A stretch of DNA of 32,000 bases, from NCBI RefSeq assembly GCF_000025945.1, contig NC_006138.1, forward strand, positions 180,001 through 212,000, written 5' to 3'. Of the stretch, positions 1-9,755 are shown piece after piece. Each line of letters opens with the position of its first letter. The stretch's first letter is position 1. Position numbers and translations under genes: made by a program. The DNA is from Desulfotalea psychrophila LSv54 (GTDB lineage: Bacteria > Desulfobacterota > Desulfobulbia > Desulfobulbales > Desulfocapsaceae). The notes under the pieces are model-generated. The model saw only the letters and a program-made list of their open reading frames with translations, was not told the origin of the DNA and did no database searches.

Positions 1-1
1 A

Positions 2-946
2 AAGGATGAGATAGGCATCCTTGGACATAATTTCAACCACTTTCTCAGCCAACTCCACGACATAATGCAAAACATTGCCCGACAGATAGAAACCCTCAAA
101 GGTGCATCGGGTTCACTGGAAAATGTCGCGGCAGAGATGTCGAAAGGGGCCGAAGAGATGACCCATAGATCTCATAGTGTGGCCTCGGCAAGCGTGGAGA
201 TGAGTTCAAACATGACCCTTGTCTCGGAGGCTATGACAGAGGCTAACAGCAATATCAATATAATGGCGGCATCCACTGAAGAGATGACTGCAACCATCAA
301 TGAAATTGCCAAAAATGCGGCGAATGCAAAAAGCATATCCGAAACAGCGGTGACAGAGGCAAGCCATGCCACCCAAAAAATGAAACATCTAGGGAACTCT
401 GCTCAGAATATTGGCAAGATCACAGGGACAATCACAGAAATATCGGCACAGACAAATCTCCTTGCCCTCAACGCTACCATTGAAGCGGCCAGAGCAGGTG
501 AGGCTGGCAAGGGTTTTGCCGTTGTTGCAGCTGAGATCAAACAGCTTGCCAATCAGACCTCTGCTGCAACCATAGAGATTACCAGCAGCATCTCTGAAAT
601 ACAAACTGATACAGCTGGGGCCATTGAGGAAACCGAGCATATCGGTCAGGTAATCAGTCGTATCGATGATATTATCTCGACAATAGCCTCGGCGGTAGAG
701 CAACAATCTGCAAGCACACGAGAGATTGCCACCAGCATAAATCAGGCATCCAGCGGTCTTAAGGAAATTAGCTGCAATATCCAATCCAGCTCTGCGGTAG
801 CGGAAGAGATCAGCAAAGACATCAACAGCGTTGACAGCACTGCCAGCCATATTGCCAGCAACAGTAGCAGTGTTGAAAAAAATGCCAAGGATCTGGCCGG
901 ACTTGCAGAACAACTCAAGGATCATGTTGAGAGGTTCCAAATATAG
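2..946 (+). CDS. Methyl-accepting chemotaxis protein, C-terminal part (truncated by window start)
   Basis: Reading frame is open from base 2 ([22 protein letters not shown]..., HAMP-like). It contains the conserved MCP signalling hairpin '[47 protein letters not shown]' (here [43 protein letters not shown]). Confidence 0.93.
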   Translation, partial: KDEIGILGHNFNHFLSQLHDIMQNIARQIETLKGASGSLENVAAEMSKGAEEMTHRSHSVASASVEMSSNMTLVSEAMTEANSNINIMAASTEEMTATINEIAKNAANAKSISETAVTEASHATQKMKHLGNSAQNIGKITGTITEISAQTNLLALNATIEAARAGEAGKGFAVVAAEIKQLANQTSAATIEITSSISEIQTDTAGAIEETEHIGQVISRIDDIISTIASAVEQQSASTREIATSINQASSGLKEISCNIQSSSAVAEEISKDINSVDSTASHIASNSSSVEKNAKDLAGLAEQLKDHVERFQI

Positions 947-1097
947 TCCTCTTCTCTTGGACGGACAGACCTACCCGAGAGAAAGAGCGAGGGGGCGTTG
1001 ACCGACCAGACTAACCCACCTTCGTTACAAGCGAAAGATGGTGCATACGTATTTACGCCAAGATAGATAACGGCCCAATGGGGTTTGGTAAAGAGGG

Positions 1098-1130
1098 CAA
1101 AAATCCCCTTGCTACAAGGGGTTTTTTGCT
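1098..1130. terminator. Short inverted repeat AATCCCCTTGCTACAAGGGGTTTTTT, terminator-like
   Basis: CCCCTT/AAGGGG stem followed by a T run, in the intergenic region downstream of the MCP gene. Confidence 0.55.
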
Positions 1131-1409
1131 ATATATACAGATTATATTTTACTGGAAAACTGAAAAGAAAGCAGTTCTCCTTAACATCTGCGGTACTCAA
1201 ATCATCAGTATAAATGATGATTTAGCAACACAGTTTCATTGAATTATTTAACGCATTAAATGATGGGCAATATTTGGGCAAATACTTCTTAAGCTATACC
1301 TAGCACAAGAAGACATCACTCTGGCAGGTACAGAGTACTTGCCCTACTATATCCTCAATGCGATGGTCCGTCTTCCTGAGACAGGTATCATTTAGGTAAT
1401 GAATATTTC

Positions 1410-3053
1410 ATGAAAAACAACTTCTCTCCAAAGCTCTTTTCCATATTAAAATTAGGCTACTCAAAAGAGCAATTTATAAACGATCTATTCTCAGGTTTAG
1501 TCGTGGCTGTTGTTGCCCTGCCGCTGGCAATCGCCTTTGCCGTTGCCTCGGGAGTCTCTCCAGAAAAGGGCTTGGTTACTGCCGTTGTCGCAGGATTAAT
1601 TATTGCTATCCTGGGTGGTAGTCGCGTCCAGATAGGCGGCCCGACCGGGGCCTTTATTGTCATTGTCTTTGGCATACTGCAACAGTATGGAATGGACGGA
1701 CTGATAATTTCAACAATAATGGCAGGATGTTTTCTGGTCCTCTTTGGAGTATTTGGTCTTGGTTCTCTCCTCAGCTATTTCCCCTATCCACTGATCGTCG
1801 GCTTTACCAGCGGCATTGCCATTGTTATATTTACCACTCAAGTAAAAGATGCTCTGGGGCTCACCATCTTCGCCATGCCCGGTGATATGGTTGGCAAGTG
1901 GCATACCTATTTTGCCAACATCTCCTCGACAAATATCTCTGCTGTAAGTATCTGCATAATCACCATACTCATTGCCACCTGTTCTGGCCGATTTATAAAA
2001 AAAATACCGGGATCATTTCTGGCAATCATTTTCATAACCGTAGCAGTTCAGGTATTTAAGCTACCGGTAACAACCATTGAAACCTTTTACGGTGAAATCC
2101 CCTCTTCAATTAGTTTTTGCCTGCCGCATGTCAATCTGGCCGACCTGCCCCACTACCTGCGACCGGCCATCACCATTGCCCTCTTGGGAGCCATAGAATC
2201 CCTACTCTCAGCAGTTGTGGCAGACGGCATGATCAGCGGCAACCACAGATCAAATACAGAGCTGATCGCCCAGGGTATCGCTAATATTGTCACCCCGTTT
2301 TTTGGTGGTATTCCTGCAACAGGCGCCATTGCCCGAACAGCAACCAATGTGAAGAATGGTGGCCGCACCCCCGTAGCCGGCGTTATCCACGCAATAGGCC
2401 TCTTCCTTATTATGATCTTCTTCGGCCAATATGCAAAACTCATCCCCATGAGTTGCCTGGCCGGTATTCTTATCGTTGTCTCCTACAATATGAGTGAATG
2501 GCGTACATTTCTTTCCATACTAAAGATGGGTACATTTGACCGTTTCATCCTCCTCACCACCTTCCTCCTCACCGTTTTTGTCGATCTAACCGTAGCAATC
2601 GAGGTCGGTATTGTTCTGGCAGCCCTGATATTTATGAAGCGAATGGCCGATGCCGGCAATAGCTCCCTTGAAACATTTGACAAAGATATCATTGACGATT
2701 ACTCAAGCCTTCCTCAAGGAGTCTCTATCTATGAGATATCGGGACCGTTCTTTTTTGCCTCAGCAAAAAAATATGCCAGCCTTATCACAACAACGGGCAT
2801 GGATTCAGATGTGCTTATCATTAGAATGCGTCATGTACCGTTCATTGACTCCACCGGGCTGAAAAACCTACGCGCTGCTCTGCAAACATTAAATCGTCTG
2901 GAGATTAAGGTCATTATCAGCGGCCCCAGAGATGCACTGGTCAAAGTGATCAAAAGCAATATCCCAGCCACCCCCCAACTGCAGTATAGCCTGGCCACAA
3001 ACTTTAATGAGGCCATGAAAAAAGCAACCCTCCTCCTCAATGTAAATAGCTAA
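1410..3053 (+). CDS. SulP family anion/sulfate permease with C-terminal STAS domain
   Basis: 547 aa. N-terminal DLFSGLVVAVVALPLAIAFAVASGVSPEKGL and GPTGAFIVIVFGI, GLLGAIESLLSA-type motif, and C-terminal STAS-like 'RMRHVPFIDSTGLKNLRAAL'. Confidence 0.93.
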   Translation: MKNNFSPKLFSILKLGYSKEQFINDLFSGLVVAVVALPLAIAFAVASGVSPEKGLVTAVVAGLIIAILGGSRVQIGGPTGAFIVIVFGILQQYGMDGLIISTIMAGCFLVLFGVFGLGSLLSYFPYPLIVGFTSGIAIVIFTTQVKDALGLTIFAMPGDMVGKWHTYFANISSTNISAVSICIITILIATCSGRFIKKIPGSFLAIIFITVAVQVFKLPVTTIETFYGEIPSSISFCLPHVNLADLPHYLRPAITIALLGAIESLLSAVVADGMISGNHRSNTELIAQGIANIVTPFFGGIPATGAIARTATNVKNGGRTPVAGVIHAIGLFLIMIFFGQYAKLIPMSCLAGILIVVSYNMSEWRTFLSILKMGTFDRFILLTTFLLTVFVDLTVAIEVGIVLAALIFMKRMADAGNSSLETFDKDIIDDYSSLPQGVSIYEISGPFFFASAKKYASLITTTGMDSDVLIIRMRHVPFIDSTGLKNLRAALQTLNRLEIKVIISGPRDALVKVIKSNIPATPQLQYSLATNFNEAMKKATLLLNVNS

Positions 3054-3054
3054 A

Positions 3055-3096
3055 AAAAAGAGCCGTAGATCAAATTGATCTACGGCTCTTCCAAAA
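3055..3096. terminator. Bidirectional Rho-independent terminator
   Basis: AAGAGCCGTAGATCAAATTGATCTACGGCTCTT: a long perfect stem flanked by A and T runs, between convergent genes. Confidence 0.85.
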
Positions 3097-3122
3097 AACG
3101 CAAAAAACATACTCACAAATAA

Positions 3123-3320
3123 CTAGGCTCTGACATCTTCACAGTCAAGCGTTGCCATCAACTCACCCTGAAAATCTCCATCGGTCATCAATTTCTGGGC
3201 AATTGCACTACAGATAGATGCCGTTACGCCCTGATGATCTCCCGAAGCTACATGAACTTCCACCTCACCATTATCATCAATTTCTAAAACGAGTGCTGAT
3301 TGATTCTCTTTAAGTTTCAT
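3123..3320 (-). CDS. Small conserved-looking hypothetical protein (~65 aa, MKLKENQSALVLEIDDNGEVEVHVASGDHQ...)
   Basis: ORF with internal ATG preceded by spaced purines. Codon use looks coding and it lies between two terminable units. Confidence 0.6.
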   Translation of the reverse strand: MKLKENQSALVLEIDDNGEVEVHVASGDHQGVTASICSAIAQKLMTDGDFQGELMATLDCEDVRA

Positions 3321-3506
3321 AGCAGATGTCCTTTTGATGTTTAATAAAAAAATCCATATATGCATGTAGATTACTCTTATAATACCTCACAAACAAGCAG
3401 AGATTTACCCCTGGCTACCACCTAAAAATATTGAACAGATTGCCCCCTTGACCTATTAATAATACATCTATATTAAAATAAATAAACAGGAAGAGAGAGG
3501 TACCCC

Positions 3507-4121
3507 ATGAAGCAACCGAACAACAAAGAGATAAGCAGATGCGCCTGGTGCCAGGGCAATGAGCTTTACCAAGAGTACCATGACAGAGAGTGGGGAGTAC
3601 CCTGCACAGATGATAAAAAACTTTTTGAATTTATTATTCTGGAATCAGCTCAAGCGGGACTCAACTGGCTCACCATCCTCAAACGCAGAGAGGCCTACAG
3701 ACAGGCCTTCGCCGATTTTAAGCCAGAGATGGTCGCCAGATTTACTGAAGAAAGAGTGGATGAAATCATCCTGGCAGGCAAGGTTGTTCGGCACCGAGGC
3801 AAGATCAACAGTGCCATAAATAACGCTCAGGTATTTCTTAAAATTCAGGAGCGGGAAGGTTCCTTTGCCAACTACCTGTGGCGCTTGGTAGATTACCAAC
3901 CCAGCCCCAACTCGTACCGGGACCCCGGTAAAATACCCACCACCACAGAAACATCAATAAAGCTGAGTCGTAGCCTCAAGGCAGAGGGAATGACATTTTT
4001 CGGTCCGACCATAGCCTACGCTTACATGCAAGCCATGGGGTTGGTAAATGACCATCTTATCTCTTGCTTTCGTCACCAACAGTGCGCAGAATATGGTCAC
4101 AAAAGCTTACGCAGACAATAA
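3507..4121 (+). CDS. tag: DNA-3-methyladenine glycosylase I
   Basis: RCAWCQGNELYQEYHDREWGVPCTDDKKLFEFIILESAQAGLNWLTILKRREAYRQAF and FVDGxP-like region, NDHLISCFRH at the C-terminus; classic Tag signatures. Confidence 0.95.
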   Translation: MKQPNNKEISRCAWCQGNELYQEYHDREWGVPCTDDKKLFEFIILESAQAGLNWLTILKRREAYRQAFADFKPEMVARFTEERVDEIILAGKVVRHRGKINSAINNAQVFLKIQEREGSFANYLWRLVDYQPSPNSYRDPGKIPTTTETSIKLSRSLKAEGMTFFGPTIAYAYMQAMGLVNDHLISCFRHQQCAEYGHKSLRRQ

Positions 4122-4329
4122 GTATATTTAATACCCCGGATTACCGGGTTAAGCAGATATACACCTTCAACTCTTACCCTGTTCAGGTTAGAGTTGCTTC
4201 CATTTGAAAAAAGTGTATATTCGTTTCTGTTTTTTTGGCGGACGAGTGGAATCCCGCCTCTATAAATTCTCCCTCACTCTAAATCAATAAAGGCGTATTG
4301 GATATTAATCACAATATGCAGAGGTGGCT

Positions 4330-4734
4330 ATGCTTACTATAACCAAAGAGTTCAGATTTGATGCAGCCCACAAGCTGTTTCTAAAAGACCTGACAGATCA
4401 AGAAAACCGTGAAGCCTTCGGTAAATGCAGCCAACTTCACGGCCACACCTACTGTCTCAGAATCACCATCACCGGCAAGGTGCAACCAAACGGAATGGTT
4501 CTTAACTTCACCGATCTTAAGCAGATTGTTGAAGAGAAAATCATTGCAAGATATGACCACTCCCATCTCAACGAGCTTGAGGAATACCGGGACCTGCCCA
4601 CCACCGCAGAAAATATGTCCCTCTATATTTTTAAGGTTCTTGCCGCCTGCCTGAAAAAGCAGAAGGTGACGCTCACCGAGGTTCAGCTCTACGAGACCCC
4701 AACCTCCTGGGCAACGGTGAGCCACGATGCCTGA
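4330..4734 (+). CDS. queD: 6-carboxy-5,6,7,8-tetrahydropterin synthase
   Basis: FRFDAAHKLF, KCSQLHGHTYCLRITITG, DFTDLK-like (NFTDLKQIV), LNELEEYRDLPTTAENMSLYI; adjacent queE/queC/queF. Confidence 0.93.
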   Translation: MLTITKEFRFDAAHKLFLKDLTDQENREAFGKCSQLHGHTYCLRITITGKVQPNGMVLNFTDLKQIVEEKIIARYDHSHLNELEEYRDLPTTAENMSLYIFKVLAACLKKQKVTLTEVQLYETPTSWATVSHDA

Positions 4735-5365
4735 TATCATCCTCGATGTTCATGAGATATTCACCTCGATCCAGGGGGAAGGCCCCCTTATGGGCAGACC
4801 GGCCTCCTTTCTCAGACTGAGCGGATGCGTGGAACCACTCTGCCCCTGGTGCGACACCAAACAGGCCTGGGGGCCGGGCAAAACCATTTCAGTAGAAGAG
4901 GTCGCTTCCAGGTTAATCGCCCTGGGCAACAGACTCTGCATTATCACCGGCGGAGAACCATTTCTCCAGTGGGAGTCGGGCCTAAATCTCCTGGAAAGGC
5001 TTCTTCTGACAGAGGGAATCGAGATTCAATATGAGACCAGTGGCAAGGTACTGATTCCGGCTGATTGCAGAGGTTTCAAAGTTTGCTCGCCCAAATACCT
5101 GGCGAACATTTGGCACTACCTGCCTGAGAACAGCGAACGGGCTGACTGTTTTAAATTTGTGGCAGGAGATGAATTAAAACCTGTCCAGGAGTTTATCACA
5201 AAACACAATCTTGACCAGGATAGGGTGTGGATCATGCCCATGGGTACCGGCAGGGACGAGCAACTGACTCGCTCCCCAAAAATATGGGAATTTTGTGTAA
5301 AGCACCACTACAATTTTTCCCCGCGCCTGCACACCCTCTTCTTTAACAACCAACAGGGAGTTTAA
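4727..5365 (+). CDS. queE: 7-carboxy-7-deazaguanine synthase (radical SAM)
   Basis: SIQGEGPLMGRPASFLRLSGCVEPLCPWCDTKQAWG, TGGEPFLQ; overlaps queD by 8 nt. Confidence 0.93.
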   Translation: MPDIILDVHEIFTSIQGEGPLMGRPASFLRLSGCVEPLCPWCDTKQAWGPGKTISVEEVASRLIALGNRLCIITGGEPFLQWESGLNLLERLLLTEGIEIQYETSGKVLIPADCRGFKVCSPKYLANIWHYLPENSERADCFKFVAGDELKPVQEFITKHNLDQDRVWIMPMGTGRDEQLTRSPKIWEFCVKHHYNFSPRLHTLFFNNQQGV

Positions 5366-5366
5366 C

Positions 5367-6026
5367 ATGGTTGATTCTATTATCGTATTATCCGGCGGAA
5401 TGGACTCGGCCGTACTTCTCGCCCAGACCCTAAAAGAGGGCAAAACTGCCCAGGCCATCAGCTTTGACTACGGTTCAAAACATAATGATCGAGAGCTGCC
5501 CATGGCCGTGGGGCTCTGTGAAGAGTTTGCCATAAAGCACCAGATCATCAAACTTCCCTTTATAGGTGAGCTCTTCTCATCCAGCCTCCTCACAGGCGGG
5601 GAAGAGATTCCGGACGGCGCTTACGGGCAAGAGAACATGAAGAGCACCGTGGTCCCCTTTAGAAATGGAATCATGCTCGCCATCGCCGCCGGATATGCTG
5701 AATCGGTACAGGCCGGTGAGGTACTTCTTGGCTCCCATTCAGGCGATCATCATATCTACCCCGACTGCCGACCGGAGTTCAACAACGCCTTTGCCGAGGC
5801 CGTTAATCTAGGAACAGACGGACAGGTAGCGATCCGCTTCCCATTTTCTGAAATGACTAAAAGAGATATCGGCGACCTTGGCAGAACACTTGATTTGGAT
5901 TTTGCCAAGACATGGACCTGTTACAAGGGCGGAGAGTTGCACTGCGGCGTTTGCGCGGCCTGTGATGAGAGAAAAGAGGCCCTGCGCCACCCCGAAGGGC
6001 TCGATGTAACAAAATATCTGGTATAG
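5367..6026 (+). CDS. queC: 7-cyano-7-deazaguanine synthase
   Basis: VVLSGGMDSAVLLAQ-type PP-loop (IIVLSGGMDSAVLL), FRNGIMLAIAAGYAES, GSHSGDHHIYPDCRPEF, TWTCYKGGELHCGVCAACDERKEA. Confidence 0.95.
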   Translation: MVDSIIVLSGGMDSAVLLAQTLKEGKTAQAISFDYGSKHNDRELPMAVGLCEEFAIKHQIIKLPFIGELFSSSLLTGGEEIPDGAYGQENMKSTVVPFRNGIMLAIAAGYAESVQAGEVLLGSHSGDHHIYPDCRPEFNNAFAEAVNLGTDGQVAIRFPFSEMTKRDIGDLGRTLDLDFAKTWTCYKGGELHCGVCAACDERKEALRHPEGLDVTKYLV

Positions 6027-6036
6027 GTTTAAGATA

Positions 6037-6867
6037 ATGACAGAAAACATAAATGCAGGCATTCCTCTCGGCAAGCAGGTCGGTCACAGTGAAACCTACG
6101 ACCCCAGCCACCTCTTCCCTGTCGCACGCAGAGAGGCTAGAAAAAGCCTCGGTCTCGCCGACGACCTGCCCTTTAGCGGCCCCGATATCTGGAATGCCTA
6201 CGAGCTCTCTTGGCTGGACAGTAAGGGTAAGCCCTGCGTTGCCCTGGGCGAGATCACCTTCCCCTGCACCAGTGAAAATATCATCGAGTCCAAGTCACTG
6301 AAGCTCTACCTCAACTCCTTTAATCTCACCCGCTTTACCTCAACTGCAAGAGTTAAAGAGATCATCAGAGAGGATCTCAGCCGGGTGGCTGGCGCAGAGG
6401 TGGAAGTAAAAATCCTCACGCCGGAAGAGTTTACCGAGGTGACAATCTCTGCGCCTGAGGGCAGCTGCATAGACGACCTTGAACTTGAGGAGGAGATCAA
6501 TGCCTACAGGCCGACGGCCAATTATCTGAGCACGGGCCCGGAAGAGACAGAGGAAGAGCTCTATACCAACCTCCTGCGCACCAACTGTCCGGTAACCGGA
6601 CAACCAGACTGGGCCACGGTAATCATTAACTACAGGGGCAAGGCCATCGACCAGAGAGGACTTCTCCGCTATATCATCTCCTTTCGCCAGCACGAGGGTT
6701 TTCACGAGAACTGCGTTGAACGCATCTTCATGGATATTCTGAACAGATGCGCCCCCGCCAGGCTGACAGTCTATGCCAGGTTCACCCGCCGGGGCGGACT
6801 CGATATCAACCCCTACCGTACAACCCATGCAGAACACTTCGTAAACCTCAGACTGGCCAGACAGTAA
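6037..6867 (+). CDS. queF: NADPH-dependent 7-cyano-7-deazaguanine reductase (preQ0 reductase)
   Basis: LGKQVGHSETYDPSHLFPVAR, ESKSLKLYLNSFN, TNCPVTGQPDWATV, RQHEGFHENCVERIF; terminal gene of the que cluster. Confidence 0.95.
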   Translation: MTENINAGIPLGKQVGHSETYDPSHLFPVARREARKSLGLADDLPFSGPDIWNAYELSWLDSKGKPCVALGEITFPCTSENIIESKSLKLYLNSFNLTRFTSTARVKEIIREDLSRVAGAEVEVKILTPEEFTEVTISAPEGSCIDDLELEEEINAYRPTANYLSTGPEETEEELYTNLLRTNCPVTGQPDWATVIINYRGKAIDQRGLLRYIISFRQHEGFHENCVERIFMDILNRCAPARLTVYARFTRRGGLDINPYRTTHAEHFVNLRLARQ

Positions 6868-7210
6868 AACCTATCGGTTAACTACCCACAATGGAGGATG
6901 GGTACAATCCATCCTCCTGCCAAGAAAAAAATGCCCTCTCATATTTGCGCCCAAAAGAAAGCAGATCAGGGCGCATTTTCAAAAGACCATCTCCCGGATT
7001 CCACCATCTGGCAAAGAAACACCCATCCAACCGCCATCACGCCATTTTCCCAGGCCACCTTTTCTTAAATATCTTGAATTTCAAGCAGGGAAGAATACAC
7101 TATAAGATATGACTCAGGCGAAAGTAGACATTTTCCCCGGGTTCCTGCAGGATAAAATAGGGTGCACTCTAGCCAAGGTGAGGGGTGCTCTTAAAAAGGG
7201 GGCGGCAACC

Positions 7211-7570
7211 ATGACTACCTTAAGATCAGGCGATACCACTATCATCCTTGACGAGTACGGTTTTCTTGACAAGGACCAGGTTTGGAACAAGGAGGTGGCA
7301 ATGATCATCGCTGAACATGAAGGCTTCACAGAACTCAACGAAGAGAAGATGAATATCATCAACTTCATGCGCAAGTACTATACCGAAAACCATAACTTCC
7401 CCATCCTTGCCGAGGTCTGCAAGAAAACCGGTGATACCTGCAGGGACTGTGTGGCCCGCGAGTTCACCGACCCCATGCGAGCCTGGAAGATCGCTGGCCT
7501 ACCGAAGCCACCGAGTATCTTCTTTACCACCTTTGACGGCAAGAAGTATAGCCCGAACCCTTTTTACTAG
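7211..7570 (+). CDS. DsrC/TusE/DsvC-family sulfur-relay-like protein lacking the C-terminal cysteine
   Basis: LDEYGFLDKDQVWNKEVAMIIAEHEGFTELNEEKMNIINFMRKYYTENHNFPIL and FTDPMRAWKIAGLPKP match the DsrC family. C-terminus reads PPSIFFTTFDGKKYSPNPFY with no cysteine. Start taken at ATG 7211 (the ORF is open further upstream). Confidence 0.85.
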   Translation: MTTLRSGDTTIILDEYGFLDKDQVWNKEVAMIIAEHEGFTELNEEKMNIINFMRKYYTENHNFPILAEVCKKTGDTCRDCVAREFTDPMRAWKIAGLPKPPSIFFTTFDGKKYSPNPFY

Positions 7571-7575
7571 ACCCG

Positions 7576-7620
7576 TGAACAGAGGGGGAAACTGCCCCCC
7601 TGTCCACTTTTTTTTAATCC
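7576..7620 (+). terminator. Rho-independent terminator
   Basis: CAGAGGGGGAAACTGCCCCCCTG stem followed by a T run (TTTTTTTT). Confidence 0.8.
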
Positions 7621-7649
7621 CTTCGTTCCCCCTCTCATCAGGAGATAAT

Positions 7650-7904
7650 ATGTTTAATGCCAATGAGCTATGCAACAAAATAACCTCCCTCCATCCAGAG
7701 CTTGGTGCCTGTGGCATCGATATCACTGTTACAAAAGATGATAAAGAGAACAGATGGTTGGTCCACCTTAACAAGGGAGAGCATAGCCTAAATCACTTTC
7801 TCGAAATGCCGGATGCAGACCACTGCATGGAGGGTCAACAGTGTCTCTCCTTAGGGCTCGAAATTGCCCAGCTACAAAAAAACATCAAAGGAGAGCAGTT
7901 CTAG
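7650..7904 (+). CDS. Small hypothetical protein (84 aa)
   Basis: GGAG ribosome-binding site just upstream of the ATG; MFNANELCNKITSLHPELGACGIDITVTKDDKENRWLVHLNKGEHSLNHFLEMPDADHCMEGQQCLSLGLEIAQL. Confidence 0.6.
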   Translation: MFNANELCNKITSLHPELGACGIDITVTKDDKENRWLVHLNKGEHSLNHFLEMPDADHCMEGQQCLSLGLEIAQLQKNIKGEQF

Positions 7905-7987
7905 AGCAGTGCCCCAGTCGCCAAGCGACACCATTGTCTCAGCCATTGGTGAAACAAAAAGTTTCCTCTAGGGCAATTGGAGAAAAA

Positions 7988-8317
7988 ATGCATAAACGAC
8001 GTTATCCCCGAATGGGTGGGAAAAATCTAAGGGTCGATATTTCAGATGGCAGAGGCTTCTACTCAGGGTACATAAGCGATGTCTCCCGTTTCGGCATGCA
8101 ACTAAATAGTATTGCGATAAAGCTCAATCAAGATGTCAAGACGCTCTCGGTGGTTGTTACTGTAAACGGAAAAAACTTCAAAATGATGGCCATACCAAAA
8201 TGGGAGGTCAAGGAGGGGGGCAGTAAAACGATGGGCATGGAACTGATAAATGTCCCCTATAGCTGGGCCGGCTTTATCCGGGAATTTGATCAAAAAAAAG
8301 CACAGGGCCACCCTTAG
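7988..8317 (+). CDS. PilZ-domain protein (copy 1)
   Basis: MHKRRYPRMGGKNLRVDISDG...YISDVSRFGMQL has the RxxxR and DxSxxG PilZ motifs. Confidence 0.75.
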   Translation: MHKRRYPRMGGKNLRVDISDGRGFYSGYISDVSRFGMQLNSIAIKLNQDVKTLSVVVTVNGKNFKMMAIPKWEVKEGGSKTMGMELINVPYSWAGFIREFDQKKAQGHP

Positions 8318-9034
8318 GGAACGGCCCTGTCCCCTAAACAATAGATGAGGCCTTGAGCGGGCACCTCGGTGAATTTTTCATATCATCCATTTTTTTTACA
8401 CTGGACCATGCCATTCACCTGCCTGCTAACAGAAGACGGCCCCTTCTTTGGCCCTTAAATAATGGCCTTTGGGAGCGCAAGGCGTCTCGCCCGTCAAGCC
8501 CCTTTGCTCAGCACTTATTAAAGTCTCTTACCATTATTGCCCCGCTTTAATGCAAGCGGCACAATCACGCTCCAGGTAGGTGGTGCCGTTTGCACCCCAT
8601 AATATCAATGGCCAGATTAATGTTTTTTCCATGGCAGGAACAAGATACATTGTAAAATAGCTTAAAACTGTAGCCGCCCTACCCCTTACCACTGCACCGA
8701 GTCCACAACTGCCCCGGATCAATTTCAAGCACCGAACAAACCAAGCTGAGAGAGAAGCTCTATAGCGAACCTGAGCCACATAGCCTTCAAGATGAAACTC
8801 TGGATAGATAGGCGACAAGCTAAAGCTCAAGATAGCTACTCAGCGGAACGCCTAAGAGTCGCGGAGCCCGGACAGACCAGAGACTAAAAAAGGAGTGGAG
8901 TGAAACGTAAAATGCTGGTATCTTGGCAAAGATTACCGTAACATTTCAGCTAAATGATCTGACACAACAGGACCACCCCAATAGCTGAAACAGCGGTGAA
9001 ACAAAAACTCTCTTCCAGGGCAATTAGATAAAAA

Positions 9035-9364
9035 ATGAATAAACGACGTTACCCCCGAATGAATGGGAAAAACCTAAGATTCGATATTTCAGATGGCAGT
9101 GGCTTCTTTTCAGGGTATGTAAGCGATATCTCCCGTTTTGGTATACTACTAGATGACATTCCTCTAAAACTCGATCACAGTGCGAAGACACTCTCATTGG
9201 TTGTCTCTGGAAATGGAAAAAACTTCAAAATGATGGCCATACCCAAGTGGACAGTTGAAAAGGGGATCAGCAAAACGATAGGCATGGAACTGATCAATGT
9301 CCCCTATATCTGGGCCGGATTTATCCGGGAATTTGCTCCAAAAACATCACTGACCCACCCTTAG
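9035..9364 (+). CDS. PilZ-domain protein (copy 2, close paralogue of 7988-8317)
   Basis: MNKRRYPRMNGKNLRFDISDGSGFFSGYVSDISRFGILL; near-identical architecture and length (109 aa) to copy 1. Confidence 0.75.
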   Translation: MNKRRYPRMNGKNLRFDISDGSGFFSGYVSDISRFGILLDDIPLKLDHSAKTLSLVVSGNGKNFKMMAIPKWTVEKGISKTIGMELINVPYIWAGFIREFAPKTSLTHP

Positions 9365-9755
9365 GGCAGGCCCTGTCCTGATCATTAGCTCGGCTACGCC
9401 TTGTTTTTTTTTGGGAAGTACCTTCTCTTCAGCAACAATGCCTTTGCATGGTAGAGAAATGAGTTCACCGTTTTTTAGAATATTCTTGTAGTAAAGAATC
9501 TTATTCTCATTTTTTTCTTAAATGAATAAGTAAGCCAAACTGTAAGCAGCTGCAGGATCTCCCCTCCCTCCTCCCCCTTAAAAGTTGATGGCTTTTGCTC
9601 CAGAGATATCACAAACTTTTCTATCTTACGAATAGGCTTTGTTGTACCAGACATGTATCATAGGACTTTGCTGAAATAACTGAAGAGTTCAGGGAATGTC
9701 GGCACCTCTCAGGTGAAAGGTATCGTTCAGCCTCAGACATATATATTTAATTGGA

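Noticed and set aside
172-940. Minus-strand ORFs of 60-183 aa opposite the MCP gene
   Set aside because: Antisense to a highly conserved MCP domain; the translations have no recognisable features and are explained by coding-strand codon bias.
4130-4220. Assigning the structured region to a known preQ1 riboswitch class
   Set aside because: I could not match the preQ1-I/II/III conserved bases by eye; it is left as an unclassified structured region.
8353-8830. ORFs between the two PilZ genes (8353..8550, 8534..8830)
   Set aside because: No recognisable domain, clear RBS or coding-like composition; treated as unexplained DNA rather than genes.
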